The notes: generated by a model not told the origin, from the letters alone. Counted from the first letter of the stretch, positions 28,609 to 39,720 are shown. The stretch: DNA of 64,000 bases from Candidatus Thorarchaeota archaeon (GCA_019057475.1 DXJO01000027.1:36174-100173); one strand, 5' to 3'. Translations and numbers: made by a program.

Positions 28609-28717
28609 CAGGGTACACTTCCATGGAGGGTCCTGCTTCGCGATGGCTTCGGCGGAGATATTAACTCTTACGTTCTAGACTCAATGGACTTGCTATGGGA
28701 AAGCTTGAGGGATTACA

Positions 28718-29521
28718 TTGAGATTCACTGTCACACTTGTCCAGATGCCCTGCTTTGAAGGTGACCGCCCGAAGAACTTCGCGTTCGTCAGGCATCTTCT
28801 GAAGGGGCCCAGCACACCTGAAGGCCCTGAGTTCATTCTGTTGCCTGAACTCTTTGCAATCGGATTCAGACATGAAGACTACAATGAACATGGGCCCGGC
28901 GTCCCTGGCCCCACAAGCGAGTTTCTTGCAGAGCTGGCTGAGGAACAAGGCGCATTTGTGATTGCAACAGGCATCGAGGAGAATGACTCAAAGTACTACA
29001 ACACACTAGCCATGGCGACTGATGGTGGCAAGATTATCGGAACCTACAGAAAGATCCATTCATTCCAAGAAGAGAAGGATGTGTTCAAGGGTGGTGACGA
29101 AATCGTGATGTTCGACATTGACGGGCTGAACGTGGGCGTTCAGATTTGCTACGACATTCGGTTCCCGGAGGTGACAAGGAGGCTCGCACTGGAGGGTGCG
29201 CATCTCGTTCTAATCCCTGCTGCATTCCCAGATCCAAGGAGCGCTCATTGGGATACGCTAGTACTGGCACGCGCAATCGAGAACCAGCTCTACGTCGCCG
29301 CAACCAATAGGGTTGGACCTGCGTTTGACGGAAAGACTTACTTTGGCCACAGTCAAATCGTTGATCCCTGGGGACTGCGACTAAGTAGGATGACATCCGA
29401 GGCACAGGTCCTTACAACAACTTGCGACACAAGCGCAGTGGAGTCAGCCAGGAGCCAAATTACTTGCTACGCAGATAGGTCCCAAACAGGGTACGAGAAT
29501 GTCAAGTGGTTCAAGCTGTAA
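28718..29521 (+). CDS. Carbon-nitrogen hydrolase (nitrilase/omega-amidase family)
   Basis: E-K-C triad motifs LPEL, YRKIH and ICYDIRFPE; also RAIENQ. Confidence 0.9.
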   Translation: MRFTVTLVQMPCFEGDRPKNFAFVRHLLKGPSTPEGPEFILLPELFAIGFRHEDYNEHGPGVPGPTSEFLAELAEEQGAFVIATGIEENDSKYYNTLAMATDGGKIIGTYRKIHSFQEEKDVFKGGDEIVMFDIDGLNVGVQICYDIRFPEVTRRLALEGAHLVLIPAAFPDPRSAHWDTLVLARAIENQLYVAATNRVGPAFDGKTYFGHSQIVDPWGLRLSRMTSEAQVLTTTCDTSAVESARSQITCYADRSQTGYENVKWFKL

Positions 29522-29582
29522 CCGCTTCTAGCACAAGCATTAAGTGAGTCCCACCAATGGGATAGCTAGTCCGGAGAGCAAC

Positions 29583-30104
29583 ATGATGAGTAAGACTCCA
29601 TCTGACATAGCCAAACAAATAGTGAAGGACTGGTTCTCAGCCGAAGGCATTAAGGTCGAAACTATCAAGAATCCGCGAGCAGAGTTTCTGTTCAAAGTGA
29701 AGTTCATGCGATTCTTCTTCACAGTGGTGAGGCCAAATGACCAGAAGTACATTCAGATTGAGTCCCAAGTAATGATTTCTCCGCAACACATGAAGCTCCT
29801 TACAGCTGAGAAGATGAAGACATTCCAGATAACCGCGATGAAGTACAGTTTCTCAGCCGATGTAACAATGGGATTCGTGCAGCCTCGACCAGGCCAACAG
29901 AGAGGTCCAAAGCCGCCGGGGCCGGGTTTTGTTGTTTCAGACAGAATCTATGACGATGCATTCAGCGAGGACCATCTGTGGCGTACAATGCGCAAATTGC
30001 ACAGTGCGGTGAACATGGTCATTACCGTCCTCAATGAAATCACTGGGCAGCCGGGGGCTAAGCCACAGACGACCACCGATACAGGACCATCATACTACAC
30101 ATGA
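29583..30104 (+). CDS. DUF2299-like protein
   Basis: WF..EG, V.ISP.H and IY.D..S pattern recalled from archaeal DUF2299; start uncertain. Confidence 0.55.
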   Translation: MMSKTPSDIAKQIVKDWFSAEGIKVETIKNPRAEFLFKVKFMRFFFTVVRPNDQKYIQIESQVMISPQHMKLLTAEKMKTFQITAMKYSFSADVTMGFVQPRPGQQRGPKPPGPGFVVSDRIYDDAFSEDHLWRTMRKLHSAVNMVITVLNEITGQPGAKPQTTTDTGPSYYT

Positions 30105-30376
30105 TCCTCCTGTGGACCCTCATATTCAGGTGACAAGTGGAAACGTGAATGCCATTGTACTCGCTCCACAACGCGATTCTCGTAATCCGGAATTAAGGCT
30201 GCTCGAATCGAATTTTCGAACGACAAGAGCCAACATAGGTATATACACGCATAAGCTCTCAAGGAGTTGCAAACTGGAACGGCGCGAGCCATAAACGAAC
30301 CGCGGTCTCATGAAGAAAACGCAGTAGGCTCAGCTAACTCACTGTGGTGCTCGTCGTGAAGGCCATTTTGCTGACC

Positions 30377-33300
30377 ATGAGAATGCGCCGAGGGAATGTC
30401 GTGAAAAGGGTCTTGGTATCATCTGTCATCATCGTGCTAGTGCTGATAATCCCACTGACAGGGCGTGAAGCCGATACATCGAGTTGGCATCGGCAATCGC
30501 CAGACGAACCAGGCAGAACCAGTCTTGAGCTGGCCGATGTCGGTGGCACAGGTGAAGATGCAGATTCTACTCTGTTCATGTCGCGAACGTTCTCCGACAT
30601 GCAACTCTCCATTCTTAACACCTACGCGGCGACTGCAAAACACAATGAAACACTAGACTTGACTGAGTATTTGTTACCAGGCTGGACCCTATATAATGCC
30701 ACAATGATGCTGAATAATCTGACTGCTGCACCAGAACGGGAGGTTGTGGGTGTTAATCCACAGGCGACTGAGAACTTCAAGATTGAAGAAAATCTGGCAG
30801 GTGACGTTTACACTGAAGAACTTGCGCAGAGTTTCTACGGACAGCCACATAACGGGAGCCTGCTGAACTACTCGATTCGATACCGTGCCATCAATTACGA
30901 CCCTGACTACTATGGTTACGCATTCCATACCATAAGGTCAGACTATTCCAGTAGTTCGACAAATCTTACATCTCACGTCAATGTTACTGCATCCATACCC
31001 TACGTATGGCTCACACTGAGTGGTAGCAACGCAAACCTATCGCAGGATACTGTCTATTGGGCTATGATTGACGGAACAAACCTGGTAGAGTACTTGAATG
31101 TCTATCCGGAAGTGTTTTGGTCATCGGAGGATTCTGCAGGTGATTTCGACACGGCAATCTTTCTTGTTGGTTGGCTCACAGGTAGAGAAAATGAAGCGCT
31201 GTTGAACTACACGTATACTCCTTGGGATCCAGGAACCAACTCCGCTCTTGTCTTTGCGAATCCTCAAGATATCGCTCTTCGAGCAAACTCGACATCCGCT
31301 ACTGATCCTTCAGTTTGGTCGTTCTCCTCCTCCAACAAGAACATCACATTAGTCAACTTCGATTCCAACCAATCAGTGTACATCTATCACAATCTCACAT
31401 TGTGGTACAAGAGGTCTGCAACCGCTCAGACCGACTGGAACATCTCCACACCTGGCGGCAATGTTCTTTGGAATCAGACCCTCACCACAGCCTATCCCTC
31501 AATAACTGGGATTGATGCTAGGTATGTCAACTTCACGAGAATGACTGACTGGAATCCCACAGGGCTGTACAATGGCACTACCAGCACGAATCATGATAAC
31601 TACACAGCCCTCGGAACAGTAGTCCGATGTGCCAACATGACGAACGGGACTTGGACTCTCCAATTTTTCGCGCCAAACTATGTCAAGTCTGTTGATACAT
31701 ACGACAGCTCTGATGCCTTAGAAATCCAGGAAGCGGTCAACATCCAAGTTGACCTGGACATCAACTCAACAATCTCTGACGGTGCCATTCTCGCCAATAC
31801 TGGATTTACCAATCTGACGGTATACCATGAAGGCGCATCGGTCCACACGCCATCAAATGAGAGCGTTGTGGCTGGCAAGACGCACTACCTCTGGGACATC
31901 GAATTCCATAATGATAATGGAACATTTACGATTGAAGTATACTGGACCAACGGGACCGAAGCAGGATACCTTGCAAAAGAGATTGTAGTGTTCTACCCCA
32001 CAACTCTAGTTGCTGCGGAGTACAGTATCGATGCCTACACGGACGACAGCTTTGGTATAAGCGTCTATTACAATGACACATTCACTCCACAGCCCCTTAC
32101 CGGGGCCTTTGCGGTGGTTGAATACTCGTTTGATGGCGGGATAAACACCAGTATGAATGACCAGGGCAATGGCTGGTGGAACGCAACCATCTTCACGATC
32201 GCAAAGGCTCCTGGTACATACAACGTAACAATCTACGCAGAAGGCTGCGCCATCGAGAACCAGACTGCAGTGATATGGGCGACTCTGATCCATGAAACCC
32301 TTCCACTCACATGTGTTTGGTCAGAGCCATATCAAGACAACATAACCTATGTAGAGCAGACCAATTTGACAGTTCAGTATCAGCTAGTCAATGCTGCAAA
32401 CGTCACAGATGCCAACGTGAATGTGACAATTGTGGGGATGGGCACGTGGCAGCTTCACTATGACCTAGCCTCAGAGATCTATTGGATCCAGTTCAACGGT
32501 TCCGATTTCACGACGGGTCTTGACACGTTCACATTGAATGTCAGTGCATGGAAAACGGGTCATGAGGCACAGTTTAGCGACGCCCTCTCCCTGACTGTAA
32601 GATCGGCTCCAACAACCATGACTCTCGATTGGAGCTCCACTACGATAGATTATCTCGGACAGATTGATCTGACAGTCAACTACACCTGTGATGCCGACGG
32701 GCTGGCTGTGCCAACTGGCACGGTTATTGCCAATATCACCATTGACGGAAACTCTCCATTGTACCTGAACTTATCAGGCAATTTCTGGACTGCAAACCTA
32801 ACCGGGGTGTTTCTCGACCTCGGCACACACAGTGTTGTGGTTCAGGCGTGGGCATATGGTTACGAGTATCAGATCAATAGCTCGTACTCCCTTACAGTCA
32901 ACAATGTCACGACTGATGGACTGAGTGTGGTATGGAATCCAGCCAATGTCACTATCGAGTACATAGACAGATTAAATCTGACTGTAGTCTATACTTATGG
33001 CGGCAGCGCAGTTCCATCCACTGCGATAGTAAACGTTACCATCAACGGCCATTCGTACGACTTAAACTGGTCAGCAGGAGCTTGGGAAGGTTCGATACCT
33101 GGCGGGGATATTGGTCCAGGCATCTGGGAAGCAACCATTAGCGCTTGGCTGTATGGCTATGAGCCAAGACTTAACATCACGTCAAATATCAACATCACTC
33201 TAGCCGCCAACTCCTACATTGTCTATTGGGAGCCCTTGGATCTCAACGTCACTTATGTTGAGCAGGTGAATCTGACTGTAATCTATACCCACGATTACCA

Positions 33301-36229
33301 ACCAGTTCTGGGGGCAACCGTTACACTTACACTCAATGACACAAGGATCTTCGACTTCACACTGGGAGCAGACGACCAGTGGCATCTTTTGCTTGATGCC
33401 AGTGTGATTGATCTCGGCAACTGGGATGCCAATGTCACAGCCAATAAAACAGGTTACGACACTGGCACAATGAGCAGGATGATGCTGGTGCGAGTCGACC
33501 CGTGTACGGCTACACCAAACTGGTTGATCACAGAGATATACTACACTCATCAGACAGACCTAAACGTCACACTGCTCGACTCACTGGGCCATCCAATGGA
33601 AAGCACAATTGTAAACGCCACCTATAGTGGAGTCAACTACACCCTCATCCATGTAGTCAACGGAGTTTACAGGCTGCGTCTTAATGGTAGTGATGGGATG
33701 GGCACATACCCAATTCGGATATTCACATTCAGCTATGGATTCATGAACAGAACAGTGGATATCCAACTTGATATAGTAGAAACTCCGACCTCGCTCTATA
33801 CAAGTGGAACGAGAGTCTTTGAATACAGTGGAGCACAGGGCACGATCTTATACAATGACGGATGGCTCGTTTTCAATGTCCGTTATGAGGACATTGACTC
33901 AATTGTGCTGACTGGAGCTACACTGAATGTCACGATTGATGGCCAAGTGTACACACTCTCAATTCAACCGAGTAGCAACTACACGTTGACATTGTACGCC
34001 ATTCAGCTTGGAATCGGAATGCATAGTGGAAGTTTCCTCGCTGACATTTATGGTTACGAAACTAGGAATGAGCCATTCTCAATAGATGTGGAACCTGTGC
34101 CAGCACATATCGAAGTGAGCTTGGGTGTAGTCCCATCTGTCATGTTCCTCAATGACTCAGCTGTTATCAGATTCGATTACATAGACGACCACACTGGAAC
34201 GAGGATTGCTGACGCATCCACAATCATTTTCATTTGGCCAAACGACTTAGCCGTCCAGGATATTGATATCGGCAGATTCGAAGTCACTATCAGTTCCTTC
34301 TCTCTCGCTCTTACCGACCATGTACTAAATGTTACTCTTGGCCATGTCAACTTCACAACATCACAGTTCGTTCGAGTAATCAACATAAGACCGGTGAACA
34401 CACGCTTCACCGCATCTTCATCATTTGGGCAGTATGAAAACGAAACAGTAGTTTTGGCAGTCAACTATACTGACGTCGACCATGGACAGTTCATTCACTG
34501 GGCGAGCGTAAATGCAACCATTGAAGGGACCGTATTCCAGATGGAATACGTAGGAGAGGGAATCTATAGCTTCAATTTGCATATCACATGGCCCCCCGGC
34601 ACATACCAAATATCGTTTGCCGCATCTGCTGTAGGTTGTGCATCCAACCATACAACTGCACAACTTGCCGTCAGTGAGAAAACCGTTGTATACCTAACAC
34701 TCAGCGTCCTCGGTGCAAGCGAAGGGCAGTCCGCCCAGATTGAGGCTACTCTCAGGGAGAACGTTACTGAAGACCCTGTTCGAGGTGTCACCATATACTT
34801 TGAGGTTTCTATTGTCTTCGGCAACGGAACTGTATTGGTATACGAAGAGATCTATGCGTTCCCGACCAATGATGATGGAATAGCAAGCTTCGCCTATTTG
34901 ATTCCAACGGGCGAAACCAGTCCTGTGGACCATCTTGAAATTGTAGCCAGATTTGATGGCACAACCTCAATCTGGAGCACGGAAGCGTTGCGCTCTGTCC
35001 CTGTATCGCCAAGCATTCTTGGTGCGATAATGGCGTTCATTCTAACACCTCCGGGTATGTACATAGTCATTGGCTTCATCCTTCTAGCAACTGTGGCTGC
35101 ATTCTATAACAAGCGGATTAAGCCCAAGAAGAGGGCAGCCATGGATTCACTAGAGAGGCAGCTTCAGGACTTTGCAGACCTCGAAACACTTCGCCATTTC
35201 ATGGCAGTCTATCTTGACCGGGGAACATGTGTATTCTACCATCCATTTGTTGATGAACGCATACAGCCCGATTTGATCAGCGGATTCATCGCCGCTATCA
35301 CAAGTGTCTACGGGGAGATCAAGGGTGATGGAGTCAGAGGCACGCTTGAAGAGATTCAGTATCATGGCCTCCGACTCAATAGCTACAGCGGGAAGTACGT
35401 GATAGGCATCCTAATCCTAGAAGGCGAGATGACAAAGCTCCTCAGAGAGAGACTTCAGTTTTTCATCGAAGTGTTCGAAAAACACCATGAAACCTATCTT
35501 GAGGACTGGGATGGACTCATTGACTGCTTCGACCCCGAATGGGTGGTTTCAAACCTGACTGGATCGTTCAATTACACCTGTCTCTTGCCACACAGATTCG
35601 GAAAGAAGCGCAAAGTCAGCAAGCTGGATGGCAAGATACTGGACCTGATTGGAACACGAAGAGACAATAGAAGAGAGTTCTATCTCCGTGCCCTCATAAA
35701 GCCAGTAGCAGCGTTGATGGGAGCCTCAGAGGCGAAGGCACTGGACAAAATACTAGCCATGGAGGACAAGGGGCTCATAGAACCGATTGGCATTCAGACC
35801 GTTCTGCAACGACAGGGGCTTGGTCTTGCCAATGGAGAGGACGAAACTGTAACAGCGCCCGCATTAAAATCCAAGCCAAAATCACCACCGAAGGTCAAAC
35901 CGCCCAAGCTCAAGCCTGCCAAGAAGAAGATTGATGCACAAGATATAGACGATATCCTTCCGGAGCATGAACCATCTAAGCCACGAGAGGGAACAGAGAA
36001 GCATGAGCCTCGGAAACAACCCCCCGTTGTAGTGGTGGCACCAAAGGATGTAGATAAACCATCACCCATTATGACGCCGACACCAATAACAAAAGTCAAA
36101 GAGACCAAGGCCAAACCTGCTGAAAAGAAGAAGGCGCCCAAGGAGGAGATGAGCGAAGCGGACAAGTTCATTGCTGAGGTTATCGATCTCCTCGCAAAGG
36201 AGAAGAAGAAAAAAGGCAAGTCGGATTGA
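30377..36229 (+). CDS. Giant single-pass surface protein with Ig-like repeats and a cytoplasmic longin-like domain
   Basis: N-terminal hydrophobic signal; ~100-aa beta-rich repeats with many NxS/T sequons; TM helix near residue 1570; IQPDLISGFIAAI motif; Lys/Pro-rich tail. Confidence 0.85.
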   Translation: MRMRRGNVVKRVLVSSVIIVLVLIIPLTGREADTSSWHRQSPDEPGRTSLELADVGGTGEDADSTLFMSRTFSDMQLSILNTYAATAKHNETLDLTEYLLPGWTLYNATMMLNNLTAAPEREVVGVNPQATENFKIEENLAGDVYTEELAQSFYGQPHNGSLLNYSIRYRAINYDPDYYGYAFHTIRSDYSSSSTNLTSHVNVTASIPYVWLTLSGSNANLSQDTVYWAMIDGTNLVEYLNVYPEVFWSSEDSAGDFDTAIFLVGWLTGRENEALLNYTYTPWDPGTNSALVFANPQDIALRANSTSATDPSVWSFSSSNKNITLVNFDSNQSVYIYHNLTLWYKRSATAQTDWNISTPGGNVLWNQTLTTAYPSITGIDARYVNFTRMTDWNPTGLYNGTTSTNHDNYTALGTVVRCANMTNGTWTLQFFAPNYVKSVDTYDSSDALEIQEAVNIQVDLDINSTISDGAILANTGFTNLTVYHEGASVHTPSNESVVAGKTHYLWDIEFHNDNGTFTIEVYWTNGTEAGYLAKEIVVFYPTTLVAAEYSIDAYTDDSFGISVYYNDTFTPQPLTGAFAVVEYSFDGGINTSMNDQGNGWWNATIFTIAKAPGTYNVTIYAEGCAIENQTAVIWATLIHETLPLTCVWSEPYQDNITYVEQTNLTVQYQLVNAANVTDANVNVTIVGMGTWQLHYDLASEIYWIQFNGSDFTTGLDTFTLNVSAWKTGHEAQFSDALSLTVRSAPTTMTLDWSSTTIDYLGQIDLTVNYTCDADGLAVPTGTVIANITIDGNSPLYLNLSGNFWTANLTGVFLDLGTHSVVVQAWAYGYEYQINSSYSLTVNNVTTDGLSVVWNPANVTIEYIDRLNLTVVYTYGGSAVPSTAIVNVTINGHSYDLNWSAGAWEGSIPGGDIGPGIWEATISAWLYGYEPRLNITSNINITLAANSYIVYWEPLDLNVTYVEQVNLTVIYTHDYQPVLGATVTLTLNDTRIFDFTLGADDQWHLLLDASVIDLGNWDANVTANKTGYDTGTMSRMMLVRVDPCTATPNWLITEIYYTHQTDLNVTLLDSLGHPMESTIVNATYSGVNYTLIHVVNGVYRLRLNGSDGMGTYPIRIFTFSYGFMNRTVDIQLDIVETPTSLYTSGTRVFEYSGAQGTILYNDGWLVFNVRYEDIDSIVLTGATLNVTIDGQVYTLSIQPSSNYTLTLYAIQLGIGMHSGSFLADIYGYETRNEPFSIDVEPVPAHIEVSLGVVPSVMFLNDSAVIRFDYIDDHTGTRIADASTIIFIWPNDLAVQDIDIGRFEVTISSFSLALTDHVLNVTLGHVNFTTSQFVRVINIRPVNTRFTASSSFGQYENETVVLAVNYTDVDHGQFIHWASVNATIEGTVFQMEYVGEGIYSFNLHITWPPGTYQISFAASAVGCASNHTTAQLAVSEKTVVYLTLSVLGASEGQSAQIEATLRENVTEDPVRGVTIYFEVSIVFGNGTVLVYEEIYAFPTNDDGIASFAYLIPTGETSPVDHLEIVARFDGTTSIWSTEALRSVPVSPSILGAIMAFILTPPGMYIVIGFILLATVAAFYNKRIKPKKRAAMDSLERQLQDFADLETLRHFMAVYLDRGTCVFYHPFVDERIQPDLISGFIAAITSVYGEIKGDGVRGTLEEIQYHGLRLNSYSGKYVIGILILEGEMTKLLRERLQFFIEVFEKHHETYLEDWDGLIDCFDPEWVVSNLTGSFNYTCLLPHRFGKKRKVSKLDGKILDLIGTRRDNRREFYLRALIKPVAALMGASEAKALDKILAMEDKGLIEPIGIQTVLQRQGLGLANGEDETVTAPALKSKPKSPPKVKPPKLKPAKKKIDAQDIDDILPEHEPSKPREGTEKHEPRKQPPVVVVAPKDVDKPSPIMTPTPITKVKETKAKPAEKKKAPKEEMSEADKFIAEVIDLLAKEKKKKGKSD

Positions 36230-36271
36230 CAATGGTGCGCAAATAACATTTATCTACGGCATGATTCCGGA

Positions 36272-36586
36272 ATGATGAGAGTGCAGACCTTGGCGTGGAA
36301 AATCGAGAACTACTACGTGGTGTCCGAAAAAGTACTGTGCGTAGAGGTCACGATCCCTCTTATGGAATTCTTGCACACAAAAGTCGACGATGTGAAGAAA
36401 GCTTGGCTTGAGATGATGAACCAGGTGTCCACAGAAACTCCCGGGTTCGACATGTCATGGGAGATAGAGCCCCGCGGTGATGATGCACTGGTGACAATCA
36501 AGATTGCGAAAGCGGGAGTTCTCAAGGATTTGACGGCTACTGAAACAAGAAACATGCTCAGCGCCGTAGATGCCTTGTTTGATTAG
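36272..36586 (+). CDS. Hypothetical protein
   Basis: 104-aa ORF fills the gap in the same orientation as its neighbours; start uncertain. Confidence 0.55.
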   Translation: MMRVQTLAWKIENYYVVSEKVLCVEVTIPLMEFLHTKVDDVKKAWLEMMNQVSTETPGFDMSWEIEPRGDDALVTIKIAKAGVLKDLTATETRNMLSAVDALFD

Positions 36587-36622
36587 CAGTATCTTAATAG
36601 CGCCCATAAGCCAAGGTGCATC

Positions 36623-37348
36623 GTGAGTCAGCATTCCATGAGAGTCTCAGACAAACTGTTCATTCTAGCTGTTGCGGGAACCCTTGTCTACGGCCTCATT
36701 GTAATCCTAATTCCTAACACCGTGGCAGTAAGTACTAGTTTCTACTACTGGTTCATGGATGCAGCCTCAGCTTTTGGGTATTCTGGAGCATTTGCTGTAT
36801 CCTTTCTGGGCAACGCGACAATACTGGTGCCTTTTCCATATGTCGTCGTTCCTTTTGTTTTAGGAGCGAACATGGGGTATGATCCGTGGTTCATTGGACT
36901 AGTGTCCGGGGTTGGAGCTGCAATCGGGGAGATGACCGGATATTTCGCAGGGTACTATGGAAGAAGACTCCTGAAAGAAGAGGACAAAGTCAACGGTTTC
37001 AGAGAATATGTGCAGCAACGCCCGAGCATGACACCTCTTATAGTTTGGTTCCTAGCCGCGACCCCTATCCCAGATGATCTGTTAATCGTTCCACTCGGTG
37101 TTGCCCGGTATTCATGGTGGAGAGTGTTTGTTCCGCTTCTTATTGGGAAAGCAGTATTCCTGACAGCAATAGCGTGGGCAGGAAGACTGGGTCTTGTTTG
37201 GGTAGAATCAGTGTTTCTTGGTGGAGACCCCAGCAGCCTAAGTTCAATATCTCTGGAGGCAATTGGTTTCCTTCTCATAGTCTTAGCTCTGTATATGATT
37301 GTGAGAGTGGACTGGAGTAAGAGGTTGGTCGCGAACTCATCAAACTAG
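36623..37348 (+). CDS. VTT/DedA (SNARE-associated) domain membrane protein
   Basis: Motifs SFLGNA..P.P, G.GAAIGE..GY.AG and ATPIPDD..G. Confidence 0.8.
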   Translation: MSQHSMRVSDKLFILAVAGTLVYGLIVILIPNTVAVSTSFYYWFMDAASAFGYSGAFAVSFLGNATILVPFPYVVVPFVLGANMGYDPWFIGLVSGVGAAIGEMTGYFAGYYGRRLLKEEDKVNGFREYVQQRPSMTPLIVWFLAATPIPDDLLIVPLGVARYSWWRVFVPLLIGKAVFLTAIAWAGRLGLVWVESVFLGGDPSSLSSISLEAIGFLLIVLALYMIVRVDWSKRLVANSSN

Positions 37349-37434
37349 TAACGCCGTGACCACGCTGCCTTATCATGTCTGTAAGAATATTCATATTGTA
37401 TGCTCAAGCAAATCACTTGGAGCAGACTTTCGCC

Positions 37435-38175
37435 ATGAGAACCGTAGATAAGATGTTCATTATCTCAATTATACTGGTGGCAGTCTATTGGGTTGTTTCG
37501 CTTGCCTATCCCGACATAACGAGTCCGATAACTGCTCTTTGCGAGTGGATGATTGAAAGCGCGGTTGTCATGGGCTATGCTGGAACTGCCATCATCTCGT
37601 TCTTGGGCAGCGCAAGTGTCATAGTCGAGGTGCCATTCGTAATAGTTCCATTTGTTCTTGGAGGGCTCAGAAGCTCACCCACTGGGCCATTCCTTTTCAA
37701 TCCCTGGCTGATTGGGCTTCTATCTGGAGTTGGCGCTACTCTAGGTGATATGGTCAGCTACGTTCTAGGTCACACGGGAGCTAGATTGCTCAAGGAAGGC
37801 GAGGCTAAGGAATTCAGGGAGTTCATCGATGAGCATCCAACTGCCACACCTCTAGCAATCTGGTTCCTGGCAGTAACTCCACTGCCACTTGACCCAGCAG
37901 TTGTATCATTGGGTGCAGCCAAGTATCCCTGGTGGAAAGTACTCATTCCGAGTCTAGTTGGTGAAATTATATTCTTAATGGGTGTTGCATGGGCAGGAAG
38001 ACTCAGCCTTGATTGGGTGCTAGCGCTGCTCGGAGTCGGAGGGCCAGCAACCATCTTATCGAGAACAAGCGAAGTCCTCGGTATCGTCCTATTGATCCTA
38101 ACGGTATACCTTGTGGTTCGACTTGACTGGTCCAAGCTCGCCTTAAGGAAGTCGCGCGAGTCTACGCAGGTCTGA
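37435..38175 (+). CDS. VTT/DedA domain membrane protein, tandem paralogue
   Basis: Same motifs as the upstream gene (PWLIGLLSGVGA, IWFLAVTP, AWAGRL). Confidence 0.8.
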   Translation: MRTVDKMFIISIILVAVYWVVSLAYPDITSPITALCEWMIESAVVMGYAGTAIISFLGSASVIVEVPFVIVPFVLGGLRSSPTGPFLFNPWLIGLLSGVGATLGDMVSYVLGHTGARLLKEGEAKEFREFIDEHPTATPLAIWFLAVTPLPLDPAVVSLGAAKYPWWKVLIPSLVGEIIFLMGVAWAGRLSLDWVLALLGVGGPATILSRTSEVLGIVLLILTVYLVVRLDWSKLALRKSRESTQV

Positions 38176-38551
38176 ACGCCAAGTAAGTGTGCCCGGACTT
38201 GCCTTTCTCATAATCCAGCTTCAATGGGATATCAAGTTTGACTTTCTCAGGTTTCTCGGGATCAACCCCTAGTAACCTAGCGCTGACGCGTGTGCCCTCC
38301 TCAAGCTCCACGATGGCAACGTAGTAGGGAGTTTCCTCCTGGAATTCATCCGGAGCAATGTGAATAACTGTGAAGGCCACCAGATTCCCCTTGCCACTGA
38401 CTTTGGCCCACTCCATCTTGGTTCCTCCGCAACCATAGCAGGTACCAGAGGGAGGAGCGATGATACGTCCACAGCTAACACACTTGTATGCTTGGAAGTT
38501 CTCATCTTCGATGTTCTTCTTGTAGACCTCAATCGTCGGTTTCTCACTCAT
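38162..38551 (-). CDS. DUF35 zinc-ribbon/OB-fold thiolase partner
   Basis: CxxC..PP...CxxC and PY.VAIVELEEG; coupled to the thiolase gene. Confidence 0.88.
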   Translation of the reverse strand: MSEKPTIEVYKKNIEDENFQAYKCVSCGRIIAPPSGTCYGCGGTKMEWAKVSGKGNLVAFTVIHIAPDEFQEETPYYVAIVELEEGTRVSARLLGVDPEKPEKVKLDIPLKLDYEKGKSGHTYLAFRPA

Positions 38552-39720
38552 ACGTCCGACCTCCTGAAAATTGTGACCACTGCTGTTGCTCCGGTTCCTC
38601 CGAAATTATGCATTATGCCAGTGTCATGGTTGGCGACCTGGTTAGCACCTGCGTCGCCAATCAGCTCTCTGTAGATTACGACGGCTTGCTTAACTCCAGT
38701 AGCCCCCACTGGGTGCCCCACAGCTTTTAGACCACCCATAGGATTGACTGGCATATCACCATCTAGGGCTGTCACGCCATCTCTCAGAGCCTTTGCACCC
38801 TCACCAGGCTTGAAGAGCCCGATATCCTCAGACGCGATTATCTCTGCTATCGTGAAACAGTCGTGGACCACCGCAACGTCCATGTCCTTCGGACCCAGTT
38901 TAGCCATCTTGTATGCCTCCCTACTCGCTGCTATTGATGCCTCAAAGGCAGTCAAGTCATTCCGGTCGCAAAGATTCATGGAAGCGGATGCCTGCCCGGT
39001 CCCTATGATCTTAACCGGGAGGTCTGTGTACTGCTTAGCCTTCTCGTTTGATGTGAGAACAAGAGCGGCGCCTCCATCCGAAATTGGCGAGCAATCGAAA
39101 AGCTTCAAAGGCCAGGCAATGTATCTGGGAGTCATCGCCTTCTCCAGCGTAATTTCTTTCTGAAACTGCGCCAACGGGTTCGTGGACGCGTTCTTGTGCG
39201 CCTTCACTGCAGCACGGGCCATGTCTTCTTCGGTTGTCCCGTACTTGGCCATATGAGCAACAGCCGCGATTCCGAAGACACCCGGAAATGTCAATCCCAT
39301 ACTGGATTCAAACTCGTCATCTGCTGCTGCGGCCAGCGCCTCAGTGGCCTTGTTGGTTGTCACAGAGGTCATCTTCTCAGCCGAAGCAACCAGAACTGTG
39401 TCGTATATCCCAGATTCGATAGCCATCACTGCAGATCTCAGAGCAGTTGCTCCGGATGCACAAGCTGCTTCGTGTCGTGTAGCTGGCACTCCTCTCAGTC
39501 CGGCATAGTCTACTAGCAGCGGTGCAGTATGACCCTGATGGACCAGCATCTCCGGAATAAACGTACCAACGAAAACTGCTTGGATATCCTTCTTGGGAAT
39601 CCCTGCATTATTGGTGGCTCCATCAACAGCCTCAGCAAAAATTTCTCGTAGCGTGATGCCATCAAGCCTTCCGAATTTGGTCTGATAGGCGCTCACAACG
39701 TTTGTGTTCTTGAGCGGCAA
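38548..39720 (-). CDS. Archaeal-type thiolase (acetyl-CoA acetyltransferase)
   Basis: Catalytic motifs EAACASG, HDCF and GHPVGATG are intact. Confidence 0.9.
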   Translation of the reverse strand: MPLKNTNVVSAYQTKFGRLDGITLREIFAEAVDGATNNAGIPKKDIQAVFVGTFIPEMLVHQGHTAPLLVDYAGLRGVPATRHEAACASGATALRSAVMAIESGIYDTVLVASAEKMTSVTTNKATEALAAAADDEFESSMGLTFPGVFGIAAVAHMAKYGTTEEDMARAAVKAHKNASTNPLAQFQKEITLEKAMTPRYIAWPLKLFDCSPISDGGAALVLTSNEKAKQYTDLPVKIIGTGQASASMNLCDRNDLTAFEASIAASREAYKMAKLGPKDMDVAVVHDCFTIAEIIASEDIGLFKPGEGAKALRDGVTALDGDMPVNPMGGLKAVGHPVGATGVKQAVVIYRELIGDAGANQVANHDTGIMHNFGGTGATAVVTIFRRSDV

